Sequence record: OR352952.1
DNA: 64,000 bases
From: Escherichia phage AV122
Reading direction: 5' to 3' (one strand)
The translations under genes were made by a program, and so were the position numbers. The notes below the pieces were generated by a model, which saw only the letters and a list, made by a program, of their open reading frames with translations, searched no databases and had not been told where the DNA came from. This document shows, in pieces, positions 24,893 through 34,372 of this stretch. Position 1 is the first letter of the stretch. Each line of letters starts with the position of its first letter.

Positions 24893-25857
24893 TGTATTCT
24901 TTAGAGGAATTTAATAATCAAGCAATAAACGCAGATTTCCAACGTAATAATATGTTTAGCTGCGTTTTTGCGACAACTCCATCAACTAAAAGCTCTTCGT
25001 TGATAAGTTCAATTAGCAACTTTTCTTATAATAACTTGGGCCTAAATTCAGATTGGTTAGGATTGACTCAAGGTGATATTAATCAGGGAATTACCACGCT
25101 AATTACTGCTGGCACACAAAAACTGATAAGAAAATCAGGGGTTAGTAAATATCTTATTGGTGCCATGAGTCAACGTACAGTTCAAAGTTTATTAGGCTCA
25201 TTTACAGTTGGTACATATTTAATTGACTTCTTTAATATGGCATATAACTCATCTGGATTGATGATATATTCAGTAAAAATGCCAGAGAATAGATTATCCT
25301 ATGAAACTGACTGGAACTATAATTCTCCTAATATTCGTATAACTGGGAGAGAATTAGACCCTTTGGTTATTTCATTTAGAATGGATTCAGAAGCATGTAA
25401 CTATCGTGCAATGCAAGACTGGGTTAACGCTGTTCAAGACCCAGTAACTGGATTACGCGCTTTGCCACAAGATGTCGAGGCAGATATTCAGGTTAATCTT
25501 CATTCTCGCAATGGATTACCTCATACTGCGGTGATGTTCACAGGATGCATTCCAATATCAGTGAGCGCTCCTGAGTTATCATATGATGGAGATAACCAAA
25601 TAACTACATTTGATGTTACTTTCGCTTATAGAGTCATGCAGGCTGGAGCAGTTGATAGACAAGCTGCCCTTGAATGGCTTGAATCTGCTACTATAAATGG
25701 TATTCAAAGCGTTCTCGGAAATAGTGGAGGTGTTACTGGACTATCTAATTCGCTTTCACGACTTAGTAGATTAGGGGGAACTGCAGGAAGCATTTCAAAT
25801 ATTAATACTATGACAGGAATTGTCAATTCGCAAAGTAAAATATTAGGAGCAATATAA
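24892..25857 (+). CDS. 54: baseplate tail-tube initiator gp54
   Basis: 321 aa; synteny. Confidence 0.85.
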   Translation: MYSLEEFNNQAINADFQRNNMFSCVFATTPSTKSSSLISSISNFSYNNLGLNSDWLGLTQGDINQGITTLITAGTQKLIRKSGVSKYLIGAMSQRTVQSLLGSFTVGTYLIDFFNMAYNSSGLMIYSVKMPENRLSYETDWNYNSPNIRITGRELDPLVISFRMDSEACNYRAMQDWVNAVQDPVTGLRALPQDVEADIQVNLHSRNGLPHTAVMFTGCIPISVSAPELSYDGDNQITTFDVTFAYRVMQAGAVDRQAALEWLESATINGIQSVLGNSGGVTGLSNSLSRLSRLGGTAGSISNINTMTGIVNSQSKILGAI

Positions 25858-25861
25858 CAAT

Positions 25862-25879
25862 GGGGACCTTTCGGTCCCC
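25862..25879. terminator. bidirectional stem-loop between gene 54 and the minus-strand alt block
   Basis: GGGGACC-TTTC-GGTCCCC with T-run between convergent stops. Confidence 0.65.
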
Positions 25880-25885
25880 ATATTT

Positions 25886-26176
25886 TTATTTACGGAATGA
25901 AATAAAAGCAGCAACTGAAGCAACTAAACTGTCTTCAATATAAACTTCAATTTTTACCGGAGCTTCTGACTCAAATTTACCTGTTACTACACCCTGAAAA
26001 ATACTTTCAGTCTGTTCTGGCTTTGAAAAATTTTCAGAAGGAAAAATTCCGAACTTTTTATCTGTTCCAAAAATTTTGATAAATTCATCGTAAACTGCTT
26101 CATTAAAAGCATTATCAGCAGGAATAACGCCTTCAACTACAAGTTCTTGACCTAAAAAGCGCAAAGAAGATTTCAT
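25886..26176 (-). CDS. hypothetical protein downstream of alt
   Basis: 96-aa ORF; own early-type promoter and SD GAGGAA. Confidence 0.55.
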   Translation of the reverse strand: MKSSLRFLGQELVVEGVIPADNAFNEAVYDEFIKIFGTDKKFGIFPSENFSKPEQTESIFQGVVTGKFESEAPVKIEVYIEDSLVASVAAFISFRK

Positions 26177-26184
26177 TTTGTGTT

Positions 26185-26237
26185 CCTCATGTTATGTCAG
26201 TAAGACTACTATAACACAACACGAGGGACTTGTAAAC
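26185..26237 (-). repeat. 53-nt exact direct repeat, copy 1 (early promoter plus leader)
   Basis: Identical to 42052-42104. Confidence 0.85.
26208..26237 (-). promoter_or_regulatory. early promoter (GTTTAC-17-TGtTATAGT) for ORF 25886-26176
   Basis: -35 GTTTAC overlaps the alt TAG stop; extended -10 TGnTATAGT; part of the 53-nt repeat. Confidence 0.6.
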
Positions 26238-28294
26238 TACATTTTGAACTTTTTAGACATTCCGTTGATGTTAACCAAAGAAGCCAAGATTTGAGAAACT
26301 TCGTTTTCCTCTTCTTTTGATTCTTCTACAAGGAATTGATTAAATCCAGCCATTGGACGAACTTCACCAGTTTCCATTAGATGGTCGCCATCATATACCG
26401 ATTCCTCTAATTGTTCAGAAGGAGGAACGATTGTACCTTCTATTAGATACTTGTTATAAGCAGTTTCTTTCATAAAGTACGTGCTCACTTTATTAATCTT
26501 CAGTAAAATTCCACGTGGTAGAATAACTTCAGCTTCTGATGGAAATCCTGATAAATGACCTGGAACGATAACTTTGATTCGCTCAGCTCCTTTAATTACC
26601 ATACCCACGCTAGTTTCAGCATCTTCATTAGCATATGTAGAATGACTACCCATATGCATCAAATCTTCTGCATCAACGGAACCTTCTCCTTCACCAGAAA
26701 ATACTGCGCCGGAATCATCTAGAGCCATATAGTTTTTACCATGCTCACCGAAGATATTTGGTTTAAGTGATGTCGATACGAAGTTCTTGAAATAGAACAT
26801 TTTATTTTCAATATTGTGACGCAAAGTTTTAAAGGTAACTTCTTGTCCACGGTAAAGTGTAGTTCCTGGAGGAAGAACTGAACCTTTAGCGAATGCAGAA
26901 TCCAGCGTCTCAATATGTTTAATAGCTCGTTCCATATATTCTTCACGGGTAGAATCTGGTTTACCCAAAAGGAACGAGTTCATTTCAACATATGAATCTG
27001 CGCAATAATCTTCAATTACGTCAGATTCAGCCTGAGTTAATCCTTTTGGAGTTACTTCAGTACTTGCATATTCATATGCCTGAGCGGCAGATTCATTAAT
27101 CAATTTATAAATGCCATTCATGACAAATTGAATAATAGCTGTCTTTTCATCTGGCGTAGCTTTAGAACCTTTAACTAAATCATTGATAATTTTCTTAATA
27201 ACATCAAAACTATTAGAAATATTAATATCAGCAAGATCGCTTAAAATTTTATCAGTTTTATAATCAAAGAATTCTTTATTCTTTAAATATTCTTGAGAAC
27301 CTTGATATGTTATATCGCTCTGCAACTTGATAGATGGATCGCGTAAACGTGCATGGGCTAATGCAATATGATTTCGGAAACTTTCTAGTTCATAATCGTT
27401 AGATTTAAAACGAGAAGCACTTCTCATACCGCCGATAGCTCCTTTGCCGAAGTTTGAACCAATCTGAATAACGCCAGAGTTCATTGGTCCTTCTGCTTTA
27501 TATACCGGAACTTTAGATTCAAACTCTTGATATTTCTTAGCAGCGAAGCTATCACCCTGAAGTGAAGCATCAACAGTAGAATATTGAGCTTGTGCTGCTA
27601 ATCGACGACTAATTTTAGTTTTCTGAATAACAGCTTGATCCGTACGCTTATCATTTTCTAAAGCAATAGAAGCAGCAACTGCGACAGCTTTAGGAACAGC
27701 ATTACCTGTTTTAACGTCTACATAAACATCACCAACCTTTGATTCAACTTTTGTGAATAACTCAGTTGAAATAGGAGGTACACCTGGAATGTCTTCTAAA
27801 TTGGCATTTTTACGGTAAACCATAATATATGCATATTTCTTATCATAGTCCCAGATTTCCTTTAAAAGAACATATCGACCTGCTCCTTTAGTACGTACTA
27901 AACGGTCAGCAATAACTTGCATTTGACGAGCAGCGCCATTTGTTTTACTCTTTAGTACGCGGAATAAGCATGCATCAATTTTATACTGTTTCATTGTTTG
28001 AAGAGCAGTATCAAAAACAGCATTAATGACGCCAATTGGATTTCCACCCAAGTTTTTAAGCTTAACTAATGATAGTTTCTCATTAACACCTATCATTACG
28101 ATATGCATCATTTTGTCGCCTGGCTTAACGTTTTTATTCGTATCACCGCCAGAGGTGTATGTACAAAATCTAAATCCAGGAAGCACGCTTTCTTCACCGG
28201 CTTGAATAGCAAAAATTTGAGGTATTTTATGCTTAGGATTTAAGTTAACAACCGGCGCCGAAGCGCCGTCAAATAATTCTGTAATAAGTTCCAT
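26237..28294 (-). CDS. alt: Alt-family ADP-ribosyltransferase (paralog A, 685 aa)
   Basis: N-terminal MELITE capsid-targeting-like motif; R-S-E motifs (LYRGQ, FVSTSL, EAEVILPRG); SD AAGGA. Confidence 0.85.
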   Translation of the reverse strand: MELITELFDGASAPVVNLNPKHKIPQIFAIQAGEESVLPGFRFCTYTSGGDTNKNVKPGDKMMHIVMIGVNEKLSLVKLKNLGGNPIGVINAVFDTALQTMKQYKIDACLFRVLKSKTNGAARQMQVIADRLVRTKGAGRYVLLKEIWDYDKKYAYIMVYRKNANLEDIPGVPPISTELFTKVESKVGDVYVDVKTGNAVPKAVAVAASIALENDKRTDQAVIQKTKISRRLAAQAQYSTVDASLQGDSFAAKKYQEFESKVPVYKAEGPMNSGVIQIGSNFGKGAIGGMRSASRFKSNDYELESFRNHIALAHARLRDPSIKLQSDITYQGSQEYLKNKEFFDYKTDKILSDLADINISNSFDVIKKIINDLVKGSKATPDEKTAIIQFVMNGIYKLINESAAQAYEYASTEVTPKGLTQAESDVIEDYCADSYVEMNSFLLGKPDSTREEYMERAIKHIETLDSAFAKGSVLPPGTTLYRGQEVTFKTLRHNIENKMFYFKNFVSTSLKPNIFGEHGKNYMALDDSGAVFSGEGEGSVDAEDLMHMGSHSTYANEDAETSVGMVIKGAERIKVIVPGHLSGFPSEAEVILPRGILLKINKVSTYFMKETAYNKYLIEGTIVPPSEQLEESVYDGDHLMETGEVRPMAGFNQFLVEESKEEENEVSQILASLVNINGMSKKFKM

Positions 28295-28297
28295 GAT

Positions 28298-30391
28298 TTA
28301 TCCTTGAACGAACTTGTAAGGCATGTTTGTAATATCTATGCAAGACGCAATAATTCCAAGAGATGATTCTACTTTCTGTTTAACGTTTGATGAAACAAAT
28401 GATGCAAAGTCAACTCTGTCTTCTATTTCAATATCACCTGTCATTGCAACTACTTCGCCGGTTTCCATTAAATGGTCTCCATCATAGATTACCGATTCGG
28501 TGAGCTCTTCCGTGGTCATAACTTCAGCTTGAATGAGTTTTGTATTATTAGACGTGGTTCCGTCATTATTAGAAGCATCAGTTATTTTATTAACTTTGAC
28601 CATCAATCCGCGCGGTAGAATAACTTCAGCTTCTGTTGCTATTCCGAGACTTCCTGGATATACAACATTAACTTTATGAGCTCCATCAATTGCCCATCCT
28701 ATTTGAACTTTAACGTATTCAGGATTTTCTTTATACGCTCTTATTTCGTTTGGATTAATAGTTATTCCTTCTTCATTTTTATCAACTGTCAATTCATTAC
28801 GAGCTTCTGGTTCTAAAAGACCAATACCAGCATGTGTAATTCCAAAACGTCCAAAAATGATAGGAGTTAAAGAAGTAGATACAAAATTTCTGAAATAGAA
28901 CACTTTATTTTTAACTAGTGCTTCGTATATAGGAGCAGTCATACTTTGAGCACGATAAACTGTGATGCCTTCCGGTATGCGGTCACCATTTTCAAAAGCT
29001 GAATCTAAGTTATTTATAGCAGATTCAATTTCTTTTTCACTCATTACATCATATCGTTCTGGATTGTAACGACCTAAAAGAAGATTATTGATGTCAGTAT
29101 ATCCTGAACCACAATATTCTCTAATGCCACGCTTTTGTGATGGAGTATATTTAGAACCATCGCGGGCAATAGTAATATCAATCATTGGACCAGCACCAAT
29201 TCCAGAAAAACTGTAAATCATTCGTTTGAGGAATTTAGTTTTTGCTGCGTTCCAGGAATTTTTAGTTATTTCTTCCCAGACTTCATCTGGTTGTCCTTTA
29301 CGATTTTTATTATGATTAGCAAGCCATTTATCTTTATAATCTTCAAAGAATTGATTTACAGCTGCTGCGTATTTCTCTAAACATTTTATTGAAGTAGTTG
29401 GTTCATTTTTAATTGCATTAAAAATTACTTCTTTAATTTTTTCTGAAACTTCACCGACTTGACTCATTGGAAAGAATTTATAATCATAGTGAAGTTCATC
29501 TGCCGTTCCTTCAGCAATAATTTTTGCTGCCTTTGTTTTAGAAGCTAATGAATTAATTCCAATTTTCATTTCTTCTGCTTCGGGAATTAAAGGTGCAGTA
29601 GCTGGTTTATTAAAATTAGCTGCTGTAGATTCATACTTCTGGAATAATTCACTTTCAAATCTAGAAGATTCCAATGACTGACTTTGTGCAATTGCTCTAC
29701 GGGAAATTTTAACTTTAACGATTACGGCTTGGTCAGAACGTTTATCATTTTCTTGTGCAATAGATGCAGCAATTGCCTCATTTTTAGTTACTTGAGCTCC
29801 AGTATCTTTATTGATATAAACATCACCGACCTTCGATTCAACTTTAGTAAAGAGCTCGGTGCTAATTTCCGGAACTCCTGGAATGTCTTCTAGTGATACA
29901 TTTTTACGATGTATAAGAATATATGCATACTTTTTATCGTAATCCCAGAGTTCCTTAAGAAGGACGTATCTGCCACCTGAACGACTGCGGATAAGTCTAT
30001 CAGCAATAAGTTGAATTTGACGAGCTTGACCAGCAGTTTTAGACTTAAGAATACGAAGCATGCAGGCATCAATTTTATATTGACGCATTGTTTGCATTGC
30101 AACAGTAAAAACTGAATTGATATAATTAATCGGGCTTGGACCGAGACCTTTTAATTTAGCAATTGAACCTTTAGCAGTTAATGTAAAAGGAACAATATGC
30201 ATCATTTTATCGCCCATCTTTAAATCGCGATTAGTATCACCTCCAGATGTATAGGTACATAAACGAAAGCCTGGTTGTTCAATTGCGTCATCAACATGAA
30301 CTGAAAAAATTTGTGGTATTTTCTTCTTTGGATTTAAGTTTGTAATCGGAAGAGTAGTATCTTCGTCAAATAATTCTGTAATGAGTTCCAT
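28298..30391 (-). CDS. Alt-family ADP-ribosyltransferase (paralog B, about 697 aa)
   Basis: N-terminal MELITELFD; R-S-E motifs (VYRAQ, FVSTSL, EAEVILPRG); TATAAATA late promoter 24 nt upstream; start taken as second ATG (30391). Confidence 0.85.
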   Translation of the reverse strand: MELITELFDEDTTLPITNLNPKKKIPQIFSVHVDDAIEQPGFRLCTYTSGGDTNRDLKMGDKMMHIVPFTLTAKGSIAKLKGLGPSPINYINSVFTVAMQTMRQYKIDACMLRILKSKTAGQARQIQLIADRLIRSRSGGRYVLLKELWDYDKKYAYILIHRKNVSLEDIPGVPEISTELFTKVESKVGDVYINKDTGAQVTKNEAIAASIAQENDKRSDQAVIVKVKISRRAIAQSQSLESSRFESELFQKYESTAANFNKPATAPLIPEAEEMKIGINSLASKTKAAKIIAEGTADELHYDYKFFPMSQVGEVSEKIKEVIFNAIKNEPTTSIKCLEKYAAAVNQFFEDYKDKWLANHNKNRKGQPDEVWEEITKNSWNAAKTKFLKRMIYSFSGIGAGPMIDITIARDGSKYTPSQKRGIREYCGSGYTDINNLLLGRYNPERYDVMSEKEIESAINNLDSAFENGDRIPEGITVYRAQSMTAPIYEALVKNKVFYFRNFVSTSLTPIIFGRFGITHAGIGLLEPEARNELTVDKNEEGITINPNEIRAYKENPEYVKVQIGWAIDGAHKVNVVYPGSLGIATEAEVILPRGLMVKVNKITDASNNDGTTSNNTKLIQAEVMTTEELTESVIYDGDHLMETGEVVAMTGDIEIEDRVDFASFVSSNVKQKVESSLGIIASCIDITNMPYKFVQG

Positions 30392-30414
30392 CATATCCTC
30401 TCTAGTGTTTATTC

Positions 30415-30422
30415 TATTTATA
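30415..30422 (-). promoter_or_regulatory. late promoter TATAAATA for Alt paralog B
   Basis: Minus-strand TATAAATA 24 nt upstream of ATG 30391, after hairpin 30428-30445. Confidence 0.65.
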
Positions 30423-30427
30423 AAATT

Positions 30428-30445
30428 AAAGGCCCGAAGGCCTTT
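30428..30445 (-). terminator. stem-loop upstream of the Alt B late promoter
   Basis: AAA-GGCC-CGAA-GGCC-TTT. Confidence 0.5.
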
Positions 30446-30632
30446 AATAATCTATTGGTAAGAGAGTACGATATATTTCAAACTTTGGACCTTTTTCATA
30501 GGCATCAAATGTTTCTGTGAATTTATTATAAGCATATGCATCTATAAATTCAATCGTGATTTGTGATACAGAAGTAGAAACATCTCCACCTTCTTTTTGA
30601 GCCACGACAATTGTTTCTAAGTAAGCTTTCAT
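30444..30632 (-). CDS. hypothetical small protein between gene 30 and alt
   Basis: 62-aa ORF; ATGA overlap with gene 30 stop. Confidence 0.45.
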   Translation of the reverse strand: MKAYLETIVVAQKEGGDVSTSVSQITIEFIDAYAYNKFTETFDAYEKGPKFEIYRTLLPIDY

Positions 30633-32092
30633 AAACCAGTTACCTCATGAAAATCGCCAAATACATCTTCGAACGTATTAGCTTTAGTTTTATCTTCACG
30701 TAAACGAATCGCAATCGGAAGAAATAATTTAACGTAATCAGTGCGGCCATCAGATTTTAACCAACCGTTGCATTCGCACTCTAGAATTTTTCCAATATAA
30801 TAATTTTGGTTTTCCATAATGCGAGTACGGTCAAGTTCATGCGATTTTACACCAGCTTTATCTTTTAAGCCTGAACCAGCATTTACTTTAATTTTTCCAC
30901 ACTCTGACTCAAGAACGAAACCACCTGCTTTAGTAGGGTCTTTACGGTGAGGATAAATTCCTACAATTTTTAAATCAACATCAATTACTTCTTTAAATTT
31001 ATAAAGATTTTTTGAACGAGCATTTTCCCATAATCCATCGATATTTTTGAGAATAATACCTTCAAGACCTTGGTCAATATACTTTTTGTAAATTACCTTA
31101 GCTTCATCTAGGTTATTTACTACCTGGTTTTCAATTAAAATTACTTTGTCATATCCTGATGTCATTTGTTCTAGTTTAGAAAAACGTACATCATATTTTA
31201 AACGAAATGCTGGAAGACCATATATTTCTACTAATGGAACATAGTCCCAGACCTGAAACTTCATGCATTGTGCTTCTTTTTCAGAAATGGTTCCCTTTAA
31301 AGATTTATTAGCGATTCCATTAGAAGCAGTACGTGATTCAGCTACTTCGGCGAATTCTTTAGCTTTACTAATTTCAGGATAAGCATCAAAAAGAAAATCT
31401 AGGCCTTCTGGTTCCTTTTCAACTTGCTCATGGTATACCAATTCGCCATCAATTAACACACCTTCTGGATGAATCTGGCGGGCTTCAGCAGTCATTTTAA
31501 TTAACTCTTCCTTAAGAAGATCTAATCCTAGATATTCATTACCAGCTCGTGATAAAAGACGAACATCATCTAATTCATCACCTCTGACTTCAGCAAAGCA
31601 CCGAGCTCCATCAGCTTTTAATTGGGCAAAGGCTGGAAATTTGATATTCTTATTAATGCCTTTTTCATCATAAGAACTTGCCAGCATTTGAGGTTGTTCA
31701 GGAATTAAACCTGGCCAAACTTTGTTTGCAATAGATACTGATGCACCGCATTCAAGGTCTCGCATCATCACCCGACGCAAAACTTCAACATCATCTTTTT
31801 TACCGTCAGCAATATATCCAGTTAATTCCTCAATTGCCGTATTTCCGGTCAATTTCCGAGTAGCTAACGTGAATTCAATGAAGTCAAGCATATCGGTAAG
31901 AGTCAACATTCCAAAACTCTGGGTAGCAATACCAGGTTTAGGCCATTTCTTGATATAATACTGTAACCCACGAGAATAAGTCAGACGATATACTCGTTTA
32001 AGCAATTCATTATCTTTATTCTTTTCAAGAATTGCTTGCTTCTGCTTAGTTGAACCAATAGATGCTATTTCGTTCAGAATTTTAAGAATCAT
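30629..32092 (-). CDS. 30: ATP-dependent DNA ligase gp30
   Basis: 487 aa as T4 ligase; adenylation motif KADGAR. Confidence 0.95.
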   Translation of the reverse strand: MILKILNEIASIGSTKQKQAILEKNKDNELLKRVYRLTYSRGLQYYIKKWPKPGIATQSFGMLTLTDMLDFIEFTLATRKLTGNTAIEELTGYIADGKKDDVEVLRRVMMRDLECGASVSIANKVWPGLIPEQPQMLASSYDEKGINKNIKFPAFAQLKADGARCFAEVRGDELDDVRLLSRAGNEYLGLDLLKEELIKMTAEARQIHPEGVLIDGELVYHEQVEKEPEGLDFLFDAYPEISKAKEFAEVAESRTASNGIANKSLKGTISEKEAQCMKFQVWDYVPLVEIYGLPAFRLKYDVRFSKLEQMTSGYDKVILIENQVVNNLDEAKVIYKKYIDQGLEGIILKNIDGLWENARSKNLYKFKEVIDVDLKIVGIYPHRKDPTKAGGFVLESECGKIKVNAGSGLKDKAGVKSHELDRTRIMENQNYYIGKILECECNGWLKSDGRTDYVKLFLPIAIRLREDKTKANTFEDVFGDFHEVTGL

Positions 32093-32358
32093 TGTTCATC
32101 CTTTAGAGTTTGGTTTACAGCTCTATTATAAATCAATTCATCATTAAGCTCAGTCAAAGACCTGTGGTACGTTGTTCTAACTTTATTTCCTTGCATCCAG
32201 TGCTTGACGTAAATGAAACCTTGCTCTACACATTTTTTAAAAATTCGTTCGTCTTTTTGAGCTCGGAATTCTGGATTGCATCTAAAAAATTGATTTACGT
32301 GACCGTAATCACGTGTAGTATTACCTTCATTTTCATAAATAGTGTGAACGACAAACAT
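32089..32358 (-). CDS. hypothetical protein (T4 30.1 position)
   Basis: 89-aa ORF translationally coupled to gene 30. Confidence 0.5.
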   Translation of the reverse strand: MFVVHTIYENEGNTTRDYGHVNQFFRCNPEFRAQKDERIFKKCVEQGFIYVKHWMQGNKVRTTYHRSLTELNDELIYNRAVNQTLKDEQ

Positions 32359-33197
32359 TAGAATGCTCCTTGGAAAATATTATCACCACTAGTAGGTCTA
32401 TTATACAAATACTCTATGCCACCAGGTTTAATATAGTTCCATGTCTGAAACGGATGTGTCTGATATGGATGATATAGATGATTATAAGGATTAAATCCAG
32501 GAGTTCTCCAGGTAGTGTTCCAAGGAAAAGAATCGTTTTTGATCATCTTCTCAATTACATCTTTTATAAATTTTTCACTATCAAAACTTTCTTTATTTTC
32601 CTTCGATGGAAAAAGCTTATTCTCTACATCATTCCATGTATAAACTCGCTGTGCAGTTTTTGGAATACTGTCACGCTCTCCTCGAGCCATCCAATAAACT
32701 GGAACATTTAATATTTCACTCGCATGATCGCAGTGGTGAGCGAGATCGTCAATATAACAAATTACGTTATATTTCTCTTTTGCCTTTTTGAACAACTCTT
32801 CTTTTGAAGAATCATGACCACACATCAATATTTCTGAGAAGGCACCAGGAAAAAGAGCATTCAAATTAAATTGACGATTCAGCAAAGCATCAATAGAATC
32901 ACCCAATGCTGTAACAGCTACAAAATTATAATCTTCTTTTAATTTGTTAATTACACACAGGGCATCTTTATATGGAGACAAGTAACGAATAAAATCTGAA
33001 CGATTGTATTTTTCAATTAACTTGACGCCAAGTTCTTCATCACAATTAAAGAGTTTACCAGGAGAAATAAATTTCTCATCTTGGATCATTTTTAAAATAT
33101 GTTCTAACGGAAGATTATATTTCTGAGCAAAATAAGGAAGGCCTGATTGCCAGCTTAAACATACTCCATCAATATCAGTCAAAATAGTAGGCTTCAT
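32358..33197 (-). CDS. HAD-superfamily phosphatase-like protein (T4 30.2 position)
   Basis: 279 aa; N-terminal DIDGV (HAD motif I) and CYIDD (motif IV-like). Confidence 0.6.
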   Translation of the reverse strand: MKPTILTDIDGVCLSWQSGLPYFAQKYNLPLEHILKMIQDEKFISPGKLFNCDEELGVKLIEKYNRSDFIRYLSPYKDALCVINKLKEDYNFVAVTALGDSIDALLNRQFNLNALFPGAFSEILMCGHDSSKEELFKKAKEKYNVICYIDDLAHHCDHASEILNVPVYWMARGERDSIPKTAQRVYTWNDVENKLFPSKENKESFDSEKFIKDVIEKMIKNDSFPWNTTWRTPGFNPYNHLYHPYQTHPFQTWNYIKPGGIEYLYNRPTSGDNIFQGAF

Positions 33198-33652
33198 AGA
33201 GAGTCTCTTAATAGGTTTAACACATCAATAAATTCAGCTTCGGTTAGTATTGTATCATCTTTTGTTAGATCACTAGCCATGCTGTGCTTCAAAACTTTTC
33301 CTTTCGAGGCTTGTAATGCATCACGAAAGCCCTTGTTTTGGATCGCTGCTTCAAAATATGCATTTGTGTATAATTCTTTCCACGCCGGGGAGTATCTTGA
33401 AAACGGAACTCCAAGCCAGAAGAGGGTCCCACGGTCCTGAGCTCTAGCATAAGACCTTCCAGCTTGTTGGGCGGCAAGCCCGGATAACCCAAATATACGA
33501 CGTTGTTGTTCAACATTTTTCACCTTGCATCCTTGGAGGAATCCTTCAAGACCTCCAAATTGAATACCATCCATGACGAAAGGCCATTGGGCGAAATTAC
33601 TTAATGCACATGATGGCCACCTAAAATTGCTTCTAATCTCTAACTCAGACAT
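33194..33652 (-). CDS. NADAR/YbiA-like protein (T4 30.3 position)
   Basis: ATG 33652 (track start 33658 is TTG); LSNFAQWP...EGFLQGCK resembles the YbiA/NADAR FSNF..WP...E.YFQA.K signature. Confidence 0.5.
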   Translation of the reverse strand: MSELEIRSNFRWPSCALSNFAQWPFVMDGIQFGGLEGFLQGCKVKNVEQQRRIFGLSGLAAQQAGRSYARAQDRGTLFWLGVPFSRYSPAWKELYTNAYFEAAIQNKGFRDALQASKGKVLKHSMASDLTKDDTILTEAEFIDVLNLLRDSL

Positions 33653-33851
33653 TTTCAATGCTTATAATTTCAACATCAGCCCAATGACCATAGCAAGGAA
33701 GACGAAATTCAACTGGCCAGTTAGGGTCCTTTTCTAATATAATAGACTTAACTTGTGGTTCTTCATGTTCATCAGTATATGGATTTTTATCTGTTACTTT
33801 ATATGTGACCTTAATGTACTGAATTCCAAAAATCTTATTAATTATATTCAT
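33645..33851 (-). CDS. hypothetical protein
   Basis: 68-aa ORF with ATG in the 30.x cluster. Confidence 0.45.
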   Translation of the reverse strand: MNIINKIFGIQYIKVTYKVTDKNPYTDEHEEPQVKSIILEKDPNWPVEFRLPCYGHWADVEIISIENV

Positions 33852-34045
33852 ACTAGTTCCTTTAATCCGTAAATAGGAGATAATTCATCACCCATACGAA
33901 GGTCTTCATTTCCATCTACCCAGGAAACAATATAAGCCTCTTTTATTTGAACACCACTCCATTTAAATGGAGGTAGAACCTTAGAAATTAATCCAGGTAT
34001 ACCAACTCCCTTTAATTCAACAGTTTGACCTAAAAAGAATTTCAT
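33848..34045 (-). CDS. hypothetical protein
   Basis: 65-aa ORF with ATG, overlapping neighbours. Confidence 0.45.
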   Translation of the reverse strand: MKFFLGQTVELKGVGIPGLISKVLPPFKWSGVQIKEAYIVSWVDGNEDLRMGDELSPIYGLKELV

Positions 34046-34332
34046 TAGAACCTCATCTGAAAACCGTGCGATTTAACATTACCGCCACCAATATCAGAAA
34101 TGTTAATTTCACTCGCAATTGAAGGGTCAATGTCAATTTCACGATTGAGTTTAGTGATAGCTAAAGTATCGCGCCCATTTACAGTACGAAACTCTAAAGG
34201 ACAAACCACATCAACGTAGTTTTTAATCGATTCACTGGTAGGTTGCAAATGAGCAGGAAGGCCTTTGGGCGCCTTTGAGAAAACCACTTCGCAGAAGTTT
34301 TTACGGGTATCAAAATAAGTAGTCATAAACAT
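34045..34332 (-). CDS. hypothetical protein
   Basis: ATG 34332 after SD GAGGAAA; track start 34383 is TTG upstream of a hairpin. Confidence 0.45.
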   Translation of the reverse strand: MFMTTYFDTRKNFCEVVFSKAPKGLPAHLQPTSESIKNYVDVVCPLEFRTVNGRDTLAITKLNREIDIDPSIASEINISDIGGGNVKSHGFQMRF

Positions 34333-34372
34333 AACATTTTCCTCAGTAAGGGGCCAAAGCCCCTCATTTATT

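Noticed and set aside
29684-30102. Short ORFs on both strands inside Alt paralog B
   Set aside because: Embedded in or antisense to a 697-aa gene with clear catalytic motifs; no independent signals
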